Source: Bacteroidales bacterium (GTDB lineage: Bacteria; Bacteroidota; Bacteroidia; Bacteroidales; FEN-979). Taken from it: a DNA stretch of 64,000 bases. Below the pieces are notes generated by a model. It was not told where the DNA came from. It saw nothing but the letters and a program-made list of their open reading frames with translations, and made no database searches. Position numbers and translations under genes: made by a program. The stretch covers positions 3,908,145-3,972,144 of the forward strand of contig OY820914.1 in assembly GCA_963682005.1 (NCBI GenBank), given 5' to 3'. Numbering within the stretch: the stretch's first letter is position 1; the number at the start of each line of letters is the position of its first letter. Below are positions 1-9,500 of this stretch, piece by piece.

Positions 1-489
1 GGCATACATATATGCATAGTCGGGCATGGTCTGATGAAATGCGGTATCGAACACACCAACCTGCGGAACATCCGGCAGGAGGTGCTGCATGGCAAGCACA
101 CCTTTCAGGTTGGCCGGGTTGTGCAGCGGTGCGAGCTGGATACACCATTTGATATCTTTTATGGTATCATCATTGATCAGGGTGCTTTCCTTGAAATGCT
201 CCCCGCCGTGAGCGATGCGGTGTCCTACTGCATTGATCTCTGAAAGGCTTGTAATGCAGCCGTGCTCCTTACTGATCAGGACTCCAAGGATATATTCGAT
301 CCCGATCTGGTGGTCGATCACTTCACCTTCCAGCCTCACCTTGTCACCATTTTGGTTTTCGTTTCTGAGGAATGAACCTTTAAGTCCGACCTTTTCAACG
401 ATGCCTTTGGCAAGCACCAGTTGCTTTTCAATATTAAACAGTTGATATTTTATGGATGAGCTTCCGCAATTCAAAACGAGTATATTCAT
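1..489 (-). CDS. ackA: acetate kinase, N-terminal part (gene runs off the left window edge)
   Basis: Absent from the ORF track because it is open at the edge. My minus-strand translation from the ATG at 489-487 gives MNILVLNCGSSSIKYQLF...HRIAHGGE...LAPLHNPANL...VFDTAFHQTMP, the classic acetate/propionate kinase N-terminus. Confidence 0.85.
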   Translation of the reverse strand, partial: MNILVLNCGSSSIKYQLFNIEKQLVLAKGIVEKVGLKGSFLRNENQNGDKVRLEGEVIDHQIGIEYILGVLISKEHGCITSLSEINAVGHRIAHGGEHFKESTLINDDTIKDIKWCIQLAPLHNPANLKGVLAMQHLLPDVPQVGVFDTAFHQTMPDYAYMYA

Positions 490-534
490 ATGGACATTTT
501 TTTTCGACTATTAATAAACTTGTAAACCGGATGA

Positions 535-1500
535 TTAGCAACAGGTGTCTTCAACGATCTTATTGCCTTCCTTGTCATATTCATAGAATCCGGCACCGGT
601 AAGCCTGCCAAGTTTGTTGGCACGGACCATTTTCTTGATCATGGGAGAAGCGATATACCTTGAAAGGCCAAATTCTCCGTAGAGATTTTCCATCCAGCGA
701 AGGATCTTGTCGAGACCCACTTTATCGGCAAACTCAAAGGGACCTAATGGCATGTTGAAACATGCACGCATGGTCAGGTCGATGTTTTCCATCGAACTGA
801 CACCTTCCATCAGGGTTTCGCAGGCTTCATTGAGCAATACAACGAAAAGCCGGACACTGATCAGTCCTGGTGACTCGATAACCGGAATTGCAATTTTATC
901 AAGCAATTTCACAAATTTCATCACTTTCTCATAGGCATCATCGCTGGTATAAAGACCTTTGGCGATTTCTACAACGCTAGCACCGGGTGCTGTTGTTGAG
1001 ATATGCAAACTGACGCAACGTTCATTGTGTTCAAGTTCTGAGGACATCTCAGTGACAACGAGGGTCGAAGAATTTGTTGCAATGATGCAATTCAGGCTTA
1101 CGTGTTTTTCGATCTTTTTAAATACGTCTTTGCGAATCTCGAGACTCGGCTCACGCTGCTTTGATTTTATTGCTTCGATCACGAGTTCACAGTCGTGGAA
1201 ATCTTTGTAATCGACGGTGCCTTTTATCCTGGAAAGGATGGCAGTCTTCTCACTGGGAGTAAGCCCCCAATGGTTTATCTCATTATCCAGCCCTTTTGAA
1301 ATTTCATCCAGTGAATGAAGGATCAGCTCTTCGGACAGTTCAAGAAAAATAATTTCAATTCCGTGTTTTGAAGCAGTAATCGCTAATTCCTGTCCTACGG
1401 TGCCACAACCGACGATCCCGACTTTTGAGAACAGGACTGTCGGACGCGCTTGTTTGCTCAGCCCATATTTTTCAATGGGTTCAATAATAATTTCTGCCAT
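535..1500 (-). CDS. 3-hydroxyacyl-CoA (3-hydroxybutyryl-CoA) dehydrogenase family protein
   Basis: 321-aa ORF. It has an N-terminal Rossmann motif (VGIVGCGTVGQELA) and a C-terminal 3HCDH-like segment (GPFEFADKVGLD, GRLTGAGFYEY). Confidence 0.8.
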   Translation of the reverse strand: MAEIIIEPIEKYGLSKQARPTVLFSKVGIVGCGTVGQELAITASKHGIEIIFLELSEELILHSLDEISKGLDNEINHWGLTPSEKTAILSRIKGTVDYKDFHDCELVIEAIKSKQREPSLEIRKDVFKKIEKHVSLNCIIATNSSTLVVTEMSSELEHNERCVSLHISTTAPGASVVEIAKGLYTSDDAYEKVMKFVKLLDKIAIPVIESPGLISVRLFVVLLNEACETLMEGVSSMENIDLTMRACFNMPLGPFEFADKVGLDKILRWMENLYGEFGLSRYIASPMIKKMVRANKLGRLTGAGFYEYDKEGNKIVEDTCC

Positions 1501-1604
1501 TTTTTCAGATTTATGTTGGAGTAAGTTTCAGATTGATCTTTGAGGCGGCAAAATTACTGGATTTAATTCATTGTTCAAAGAATAACAATAGAAAAAAAAC
1601 CGGT

Positions 1605-1991
1605 TTACATTTCCATCATTGCATCCACCTCTTCACGGGAGATCCTCGTCCAGTCGGGATCACTGAATTGGTTACCATCCCAGGAAAATGTAACCAGGTC
1701 AAAGGTTTCTCCATAGAAGGTGAGCTTGCTTCTCAGATCGGGGGAATGCTCAATAAAAAGGAGGTCTTCAGGTGATGCATTGATCTGGGTCAGGAGTTGG
1801 GTTGCCAGTGAGGCGATGCAATCTGTTATCGCTGTTCCGGGGTTCTGACGATAGATCTCGGTAATGATCACAAGGGTTTTTCCATCCTTACGGTGGATCG
1901 TCCGCAAACCGCATTTCGAGGGACTATCCCATAAACCCTTGAAATCGAAATAGGAATTCATGTAGTTTGTGAATTCGGGATTTATTTCCAT
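1605..1991 (-). CDS. hypothetical protein
   Basis: 128-aa ORF in line with its neighbours. I recognise no motif. Confidence 0.45.
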   Translation of the reverse strand: MEINPEFTNYMNSYFDFKGLWDSPSKCGLRTIHRKDGKTLVIITEIYRQNPGTAITDCIASLATQLLTQINASPEDLLFIEHSPDLRSKLTFYGETFDLVTFSWDGNQFSDPDWTRISREEVDAMMEM

Positions 1992-2044
1992 AATTAGTTG
2001 ATGAACTGATGAGTTGATGAGCTGACGAACTCAAAAATACTTCT

Positions 2045-3319
2045 TTATTCTTTTTCGTTGTTTACTTTTTTTCCGAAACTTTCGTTGACGAGGTCGCGGC
2101 GACGGGGGGCATAGGTGCCATCTTCAAGTTCCCGCTGCATCACTGTGCTTAACATATTGAACATCTTCTGGGTCTGCGGTTCATCTTTATAAAAGGTATC
2201 CCAGGCATAATGAAAGAGTTCTTCCAGCTTTTCCGCGGTCATGTGTTTTGGATGATACACGACTTTCCCGGCATTGTAATGATCCCAGTCATGGTCAAAG
2301 ATCCTGTTTTGCTTCCGCAGGTCTGCATAGGCCTTAGTATGAGGGAAAGGTGCAAGAACCGTGAATTCGGCGAGATCGAGGTCGATTTCAAGCAGGAAAT
2401 CGATCAGGCGGCGGATATCATCTTCTGTCTGGTTATCAAGCCCGAGAAGTATTGTTCCTTCCACGGCGATTCCGTAGTCATGGTATTGTTTGATGCGGTT
2501 CCGTATAAAATCCGACGTATCGAATACTGCCTGGTAAACATACCATGCACCTGCTTGAGCAGCGAGATCCAGCACTTCAGGCTTGTCTTCAATGGTATGG
2601 CTGACCCATTTCTTCTTCAGCGGGATCATCGCCCGGAAAAGTTCTTTCTCCCACTCCGTATCCAGGGCCAGGGAGTTGTCAACGATGAACAGCCGGTTAT
2701 TATCCATCTGTGACAGTTCCTCAACGACCCTGTCGATGGGTCTTGGACGGAATCCGCGTCCTCCAAGATAACGTACAGCACACGGATAGCAATCGTATAT
2801 GCAGCCACGGGAAGCATGGAACAGGTCGACCATCCTGAATCCCTTGTGGTAATAAAGATCTTTCTTCAGGATATCCCTTCTGGCAGGGCCGATCAGTGAC
2901 ATTTCCGGAGGATTGTTCAGGAAGTTATAGATTTTCTGAAGGTTTCCCGCCTGAAAATCTTTAAAAACCTTGTCGAGCCGTCCTTCCACTTCTCCAAGGA
3001 ATACGGAGTCAGCATGAAGAAGCGTCTCCTCAGCATGAAGCATCGTAGAAATCCCTCCGAATATCACTTTTTTCCCAAGGTTCCTGTACATATCAGCAAT
3101 CGCCCAACCGCGTTTCACCTGGGTGGTAAGCATCATGGAAATCCCCACGAGATCCGGTGAATCGTCAACAATAAGCTCTTCTACATTTTCGTCCGTAAAA
3201 TCGACTTCCACATTTTCAGGCAGAGCAGCTGCCATTACCACCGGTCCATGAGGTGGAAGATTAAAGATGGTTTGTCCTTCCAGTTTTTCCCAACGCGGGT
3301 ATATCAGTTTAAATTTCAT
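2045..3319 (-). CDS. B12-binding domain-containing radical SAM protein (rSAM-1)
   Basis: CxxxCxxC motif in SRGCIYDCYPC, preceded by a B12-binding-like Rossmann segment (PDLVGISMM...VIFGG). The probable start is MKFKLIYPRW at 3319, giving a TAATG 1-nt overlap with the upstream stop; the track ORF extends to 3352. Confidence 0.8.
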   Translation of the reverse strand: MKFKLIYPRWEKLEGQTIFNLPPHGPVVMAAALPENVEVDFTDENVEELIVDDSPDLVGISMMLTTQVKRGWAIADMYRNLGKKVIFGGISTMLHAEETLLHADSVFLGEVEGRLDKVFKDFQAGNLQKIYNFLNNPPEMSLIGPARRDILKKDLYYHKGFRMVDLFHASRGCIYDCYPCAVRYLGGRGFRPRPIDRVVEELSQMDNNRLFIVDNSLALDTEWEKELFRAMIPLKKKWVSHTIEDKPEVLDLAAQAGAWYVYQAVFDTSDFIRNRIKQYHDYGIAVEGTILLGLDNQTEDDIRRLIDFLLEIDLDLAEFTVLAPFPHTKAYADLRKQNRIFDHDWDHYNAGKVVYHPKHMTAEKLEELFHYAWDTFYKDEPQTQKMFNMLSTVMQRELEDGTYAPRRRDLVNESFGKKVNNEKE

Positions 3320-5031
3320 TAATGCTGTTTTCGTTTTACCTTGATGATGCAATCGCTGAGTTCTGAGATGATCCTGTTTTTTTCGCTCTGCCGCGGAACA
3401 TTCTTTTCCAGTGCTTTCCGGTAGTAACGAATGCTGCTGTCAGGCATATCCCTTGACTGGTAATATTCTCCGGTGAGGGAATAAACTTCAAAATACCCAG
3501 GATTGGTATCAATGAATTCATGAATAAAAGAACTGGTCAATGGCCCGCTGCTTTTTGACATGGCAGCAGATGATACTATTTTCCTCATTTCCCTGAATCT
3601 CCGGAAATGCTTGTAATTTGCAGAAGTAAGAAATGAATCTCCGGGAATGGAAAGCTCCCGTTCAGTGATTTCCATCTTATGTTCCAACCCTGCAAAGGTA
3701 TGAATAATTTTTTTCAGGTCATAACAGAGGTATGGCCCCAGTTGCCATGGGTCAGTGGAAACCCAGACAAGGAGCTTTTCAGGCTGGAAGATCACCGAAT
3801 GATGACAGATCAGCTGGTTGATGGCCTTTTCATTGCCCATTCCAAGGTCTTCATGATTCAGCCCCGACTGATCCCGAAGGATCTCTGCCATTTCAGGAAT
3901 TCCCAGCACTTTTTTACCGGAGATATCCTGAATAACTTTTTTGAACCGGTAGCCGGATGCATTCTCCCGCAGATCCTTGATATTTGCCGGAAGTGAGGAA
4001 TATTTCCCGGACTGGAAATGGTTTGTACAAACGATGTGATCCGAATGCGGGTCGACAATTTCCATGCCCCTGGTGGTTTTCTCAATGATAACGGCTTTGT
4101 TGTCAGAAGCTGAACCGATAAGAATGGATTCGGAGACGAATGTTTCCCGTTTCCCTGCAATGGCAGATGCTTCGCCGATGTTTTTTGCGTATTGCAATAT
4201 TTCACGGGCAAGGATCGAAATGGGTGTCCTGGCAGAGAAAGGAATATCAGACCTGGCTGCGTTTATCGTGACAGTGAGGCCCTTTTCATTCATTCCCGAA
4301 ACAGCACCGATCATTGCAGGCCAGGTGATCATTATAAACGGGTACCCTTCCTCCGGTTTTTCAAAGCAAATGATCTTTGTTTCTGCGAATTGATCGCCAA
4401 CATAGAAATCAAAATTCCGGCCGATCAGAAGGGAAGAATCGACAGTTTTCCCAGACCAGACCCCGAATGATGTACAGCCAACAAGGCCGAGGTTCTGCAC
4501 CATATGACCGATATCATGGGCAGAATGGTAATTCAGCATGCGCTGGTAATTTGTTCCAAGGGATGAAAATTTCCCCGATGCCGATAATGAGATCCCATAG
4601 ATCTCCTGCCTGTATTCTTCTGTGAAATACTTGTCAAGGTCCCTGTTGAACCAATAAACAAACTGTTTAAGGAATCCAAGGTAAACACCGGAAGGAACGA
4701 GTTCCCGGATCCTGGCAAGAAAAGCGATCTCCTGTTTTTCGATCAGCGGCTTGCACAATTTTCCGTTAATGACGCCTCTTTCAAAAGGTTTTCCTTCAAG
4801 ATACATTTCCCACAGGCCATTTGAATTTTTCTTCAGCCAGTTTTCTTCACAACGATAAAAATCCGGCTCGGGGTTTTCCGTTTTAAGGCGAATGGAAGAC
4901 AAATCACTTATCTCTGGCGGATTTACACGGATGGCAAAATGGAACCATACCATGAACAGAATGATCAGACATGCCAGAATACCAAGCAAACCAGGCAGCC
5001 TTCTCCGTCTTCTTTTGCCTTTGTCAGTCAT
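3319..5031 (-). CDS. C45-family / Ntn-hydrolase-fold acyltransferase-hydrolase-like protein with N-terminal membrane anchor and TPR-like tail
   Basis: 570 aa. It has an N-terminal basic plus hydrophobic segment (KRRRRLPGLLGILACLIILFMVWF). The Ntn-type block GLVGCTSFGVW...LIGRNFDF...ITWPAMIGAVSGMNEKGLTVTINA resembles the C45 / acyl-CoA:6-APA acyltransferase family. The C-terminus (YYQSRDMPDSSIRYYRKALE) is TPR-like. Confidence 0.55.
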   Translation of the reverse strand: MTDKGKRRRRRLPGLLGILACLIILFMVWFHFAIRVNPPEISDLSSIRLKTENPEPDFYRCEENWLKKNSNGLWEMYLEGKPFERGVINGKLCKPLIEKQEIAFLARIRELVPSGVYLGFLKQFVYWFNRDLDKYFTEEYRQEIYGISLSASGKFSSLGTNYQRMLNYHSAHDIGHMVQNLGLVGCTSFGVWSGKTVDSSLLIGRNFDFYVGDQFAETKIICFEKPEEGYPFIMITWPAMIGAVSGMNEKGLTVTINAARSDIPFSARTPISILAREILQYAKNIGEASAIAGKRETFVSESILIGSASDNKAVIIEKTTRGMEIVDPHSDHIVCTNHFQSGKYSSLPANIKDLRENASGYRFKKVIQDISGKKVLGIPEMAEILRDQSGLNHEDLGMGNEKAINQLICHHSVIFQPEKLLVWVSTDPWQLGPYLCYDLKKIIHTFAGLEHKMEITERELSIPGDSFLTSANYKHFRRFREMRKIVSSAAMSKSSGPLTSSFIHEFIDTNPGYFEVYSLTGEYYQSRDMPDSSIRYYRKALEKNVPRQSEKNRIISELSDCIIKVKRKQH

Positions 5032-6532
5032 TCTTTATCTTTTTAAGAAGATACTCTAACCCGATCAATTCACTGCATGTCTGAACTGCACCGATCGTAA
5101 CGCCAAGTACCCCGTGAAGATTGGTGTTCTGCCCCGTAAAAAAGAGTCCCGGGATCTTTGTTCTCGGAAGAACGATTGTTTCCAACGGATGATTGAAATC
5201 CTTCTGAATGCCATACATCGAACCTTCAGGGGTTCCTGTATAATCGCGCCAGGTAAGGGGAGAGGCTGCATCAATGCTTTTTAAGCATGCCCTGATACCT
5301 GGGAATTTATGTTCAACAAGATCCAGGAGTAGTTCCGTTTTCTTTTCCTTCCATTCATTATAGGACCGGCCCCTGCTTCCAACAATCGTTTTATCCCATG
5401 TCCTGACCTCGTTGAAGTCCATGTATGTCATTATTATGGCTGACTTTGCATATTCATTCATTCCTGAGTATGCTGGAGTATGAAGCATATAAAAGGAAGG
5501 CCAGATCCGGGCTGACCGGGCTGACCAGACATCATAACTTGTATGAAAATAGAAATTGTGATCAAGGTTTTTAAAACTGTTCTCTTTAAAAACAAGATAT
5601 AATGAGAAGGATGAGATGGTGTTCCCGAAATTTATCATTCTCCCTGACCAGGACTTTCTTACAGGGATCCCGTCGAACATGCTGATGGTGGCCGAAGGAT
5701 GGATATCCGAGATCAGGCGTTCTGCCTGGAAATTCAGACCGTCTCTGGTTATGGCTGTGAAAGTATCGTTCCCGAACCTGATCTTTGAAACTTCTTGTTT
5801 TGTAAGAAGCTGTCCGCCGTTTGATAAGATCTGATTTACCAATATCGTGGCCATCCTGTTACTTCCATCAACAGGACGCCATGCACCGGAGATAAATGAA
5901 TGATTGACCAGAGCGGCGATGTAGAGGGGTGTTTTATCACGTTCTCCTGCGTAAAGGAAATTGTTGCCGGCAAGGACGGATGAAAGGTGGCCCCTCTCCC
6001 CGGCCCCCTCCCCAAAAAGGGAGGGGGAATTAAGGTTCTGGTAGTATTTGAGGGCGGATTGATCTTTATATTGATTTTCTGAGTGGTTTCCAGGGATCTC
6101 AAGGTTATACAGCGGAAATGATCTGCTTATCTCCTGCAATTTATTTGTATAGGATCGCAATGATCCTTCCTGGTCAGGAAAGAAGGGGAGAAGTTGCTCT
6201 GTGAAGTTGTCAAATCCCATTGCAATGGGGTATTCAATATCATTGAATGAGATGACGTCAAATCCGTCAGGGTTCATTCGCCTGAACAATTCTTTGCCGG
6301 TAAGGCCAAAATAGCTGAAATACCTGTGAAGTACCTCGCCTTCATCCAATCCGCCAATATAGTGGACACCGGTATCGAACTCAACACCGTTTCGAATGAA
6401 CGTCTGCAGACACCCGCCTGGTTGGTGATGTTTCTCAAGGATGCAAACACTCATTCCTTCCCTGCTCAGGATGGCACCGCATAGCAATCCTCCCAATCCG
6501 CTACCGATTATGATAACATCGGATTTCATCAT
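5024..6532 (-). CDS. FAD-dependent oxidoreductase, phytoene desaturase (CrtI)-like
   Basis: 502 aa with an N-terminal dinucleotide-binding motif (VIIIGSGLGGLLCGAILS...EKHHQPGG). It has an ATGA overlap with the upstream gene and an 8-nt overlap with the downstream gene. Confidence 0.75.
   Translation of the reverse strand: MMKSDVIIIGSGLGGLLCGAILSREGMSVCILEKHHQPGGCLQTFIRNGVEFDTGVHYIGGLDEGEVLHRYFSYFGLTGKELFRRMNPDGFDVISFNDIEYPIAMGFDNFTEQLLPFFPDQEGSLRSYTNKLQEISRSFPLYNLEIPGNHSENQYKDQSALKYYQNLNSPSLFGEGAGERGHLSSVLAGNNFLYAGERDKTPLYIAALVNHSFISGAWRPVDGSNRMATILVNQILSNGGQLLTKQEVSKIRFGNDTFTAITRDGLNFQAERLISDIHPSATISMFDGIPVRKSWSGRMINFGNTISSFSLYLVFKENSFKNLDHNFYFHTSYDVWSARSARIWPSFYMLHTPAYSGMNEYAKSAIIMTYMDFNEVRTWDKTIVGSRGRSYNEWKEKKTELLLDLVEHKFPGIRACLKSIDAASPLTWRDYTGTPEGSMYGIQKDFNHPLETIVLPRTKIPGLFFTGQNTNLHGVLGVTIGAVQTCSELIGLEYLLKKIKND
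5991..6032. repeat. REP-like G/C hairpin element lying in frame inside the CrtI-like CDS
   Basis: Reads cccctctccccggccccctccccaaaaagggagggggaatt. There is a 9-bp stem (6004-6012 pairs with 6019-6027) and a 6-nt loop. It encodes SPSLFGEGAGERGH on the minus strand and resembles the inner hairpin of the 19181-19243 element. Confidence 0.65.
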
Positions 6533-9500
6533 GGACGGATAATTATAAGAATGTTGGACGTCAGTTTATTGTCGTCGATCACTTCAATATTCAGGTTAAA
6601 TTCATCAACAACCCTCCTGATCATTTCCTGGGAAGTGAAATAGAGTGACCCGGAATCCTCAATTGTTTTGTTGAATCCCGACCTGGTAGAAAAGAATTCG
6701 GTCAGCCGGGTACCTGCATGGCGTTCCTTCTTTGACTGATCTGCATCACGGATGATGATCACCCCATTCTTCTTCAGATTGGTCATACAGGATCGCAACA
6801 GCTTTTCCTGTTCCGGTTCAGGAAGGTAATGCAGAATATCAGACATCAGGAAAGCGTCTTGTGAAATGACAGGATATTTGGTGATATCACAGGAAATAAA
6901 CGTGATCCGGTCATTCTTCGCATAACAATTATTTGCAACAGCAATTTTCTCCGGATCATAGTCAATTGCGGTGATCATACGGTCTTTGGAGGTAAAAGCC
7001 AGGATGTATGAGATGTAACCGTAACCACATCCGATATCGAGAATATCACCTTTTCGCGGCATGAGTGAATCAATGACACGATAATTCTTTTCCAGCCTCA
7101 TCTTGATCTTTACGTACCATTCAAGAACCGGCCCTTTAAAGATGTAATTCAGAGCGATCATTCTTCTGTAATAATCCGGTGTTCCCATCTCTGATCTGAA
7201 TTCATCATAGAGATGTATATAATGTTGCCGCCAGCCTCTTGTTTTCTCAGATACAGTGGTTCCAAAACGGGTATCATCCCAGGCCACCCTCGGTTGTATC
7301 TTCATGTACAACCCATTGGGCTTTCCCCAGAAAACCCCCCGGGGAAGGAAATCGCCTGAGCCAAAGACCACGATAGGTAATATATCCACCTTCAGTTTTT
7401 CCGAAAGATAGAAGGCGCCACGATGAAACCTCCTGATATTATGGTCATCCGAACGATGTCCTTCAGGAAAGATCAGGATCGAATAACCATCCGCCACAAT
7501 GTCCTTCAGTTTATCCATAATTGCATCGATCCCTTCATCAGCATTGAAATAACTTGCCATCCTTGCGATCGGACCAAATACAGGTGACTTATAGACCCAT
7601 GCCGTGGTCAGGATGATGATCTTCGGATACAACCTGAGGAATGCAGGAGTTTCGATAAGAGACTGGTGATTGCTGATAATGATAGCCGGTTTTACAAAGT
7701 CTTCACCCAGTGGATTCAGGAGCTTTCGTTCTATCGGGAAAGTAAATGCTATGTATGCTCTACAGAGCATTGAAAAGGTCTTGTGGAAAATGTATTGCTT
7801 GCGTTTCTTCGGGACAGGTAACAAAATGAAGATCAGCGAACCGAAGATAACCATGATGACAGAGATCAAAACGATATTTCCCCATGTGACAAAGGTTTTA
7901 ACGACGATCCGGGCGGTGATGGGAAAGATGCCCTGGCGTTGCCTGTCAAGAAGGAAAAGATTCATCAGCCATGGTTGGATCGTAAATGAAATGACCACAA
8001 CAGAAGTTATTCCTACAACGGAAATCAGCGCGATTGAATTCAGTGCGGGATGACGCGCAAAAAACAAGGCTCCAACCCCGATTAGCGTTGTAATGGCGGA
8101 GAGGAAGATGGATGTTTTATAGGTTGTGAGCTCAGAAAGGCCATATTTTGAATTATGGAGAAGTCCGCGCATCATGAGGATGCTGTAATCCACCCCAAGG
8201 CCAAAAATGAAGGAGGAGATAATGATGTTGATGATATTGAAACGGATATCAAATGCTCCCATAAAACCCAGCGTGATCACCCAGCTGAGGAACATTGGCA
8301 GAGCTGCGATAAGGCCTAACTCAATCCTTCCGAAGGACAAAATGAGCAGCAACGATACAAAGATCATGGAAAGCCTCACCAGGAGATCAAAATCATGCCT
8401 GACATTTTCAACAAGACGATCGGAGATGAGTTGCCTGTCGAACACAACAAGGTTCGGATGACCGGAAAATGCGCTGCTGACCAGTTCCTTTTTTTCCCCG
8501 GGGACTTTGATAATCGTGGAGATCATGGTCATTTCGGGGGTTTCATTGATCCACTCGGCCAGGAATCTTATTTTAACCCTGTTAGTCTCCTGAACATTCA
8601 TGGGACTGAATTTCCTGTAAAGAAGATCCATCACCGGGTTGAATGCGGATTCCCTGAATTTGTATTTTTTTCCCGTTTCAATCAGCCGCTTCCGGAGGTT
8701 GTCTTTTCGCTCAGGAGTCCAGAATTGCTCCCAACGGTTCAATCGTTTAGCTTGAACAGAATCCGATGGAAGCATGAGGCCAACGGCGGATTGTTGAACC
8801 AGGAATTTCCCGTCATTGACCGATCGGACATAAAACTCATTCTTTTCATGGTTTTTCAAAACGGAGGCCAAATCTTTCCCTGTGGAAACAAGGTAAACAT
8901 TTTTCATCGAGGCATTGTTGAGCCTGTCGAGGTTTCTCTCTCCCTTTCGCAATTCATCCGTCATGTAATTGATGGACATCATATTTTTCTCAAATCCGGT
9001 TTTCCGTATCAGGAATAATCCACCTGCAGTGAGAAGAAGAATAATCGTGATCAGGCCATACTTTTTTTCAAAGTGAACAGACACAATACTATTAATGATC
9101 TCTGTCCTCCCGGGATTGTCTGAGAAATCCCTTTTGTCAAGGAAGTGAGGGAGAAGCACAAGGGCAAAGAATGCGGCCCCTGCAACGCTTAAGCTGGCAA
9201 ACCATCCCAGGTCATGCAGAACGCCGGATTTCAGAAAGACAAGACAAATGAATGCTGCAGCAGATGTCAGGAAACAGAGGAAAATCGTAAGCGACATTTC
9301 TTCGAGGGTGGCTTCAATATCATGCGTCTTCCTGAAATGATTAATAATATAAAGTGCATAATCCACGATCAGACCCAGGATCACCGTGCCGATCCCGAGA
9401 GCGATGGCGGATATTGTTCCTTTGGTGATATACATAATTGACAAGGCAAATGCACCGCCGAAAAGAGCCGGCAGGAATCCCAGCAAAGGGTATTTAATGC

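Noticed and set aside
34-445. Two plus-strand track ORFs (34-243, 215-445) at the left edge.
   Set aside because: The opposite strand encodes an unmistakable acetate kinase N-terminus (MNILVLNCGSSSIKYQLF...) across the same bases. The plus-strand ORFs have no recognisable motifs and are shadow ORFs.
1533-1775. Track ORF 1533-1775 (+).
   Set aside because: It overlaps the minus-strand 1605-1991 ORF and the inter-operon gap, and has no motif. The minus-strand frame fits the local gene orientation better. Neither is strongly supported.
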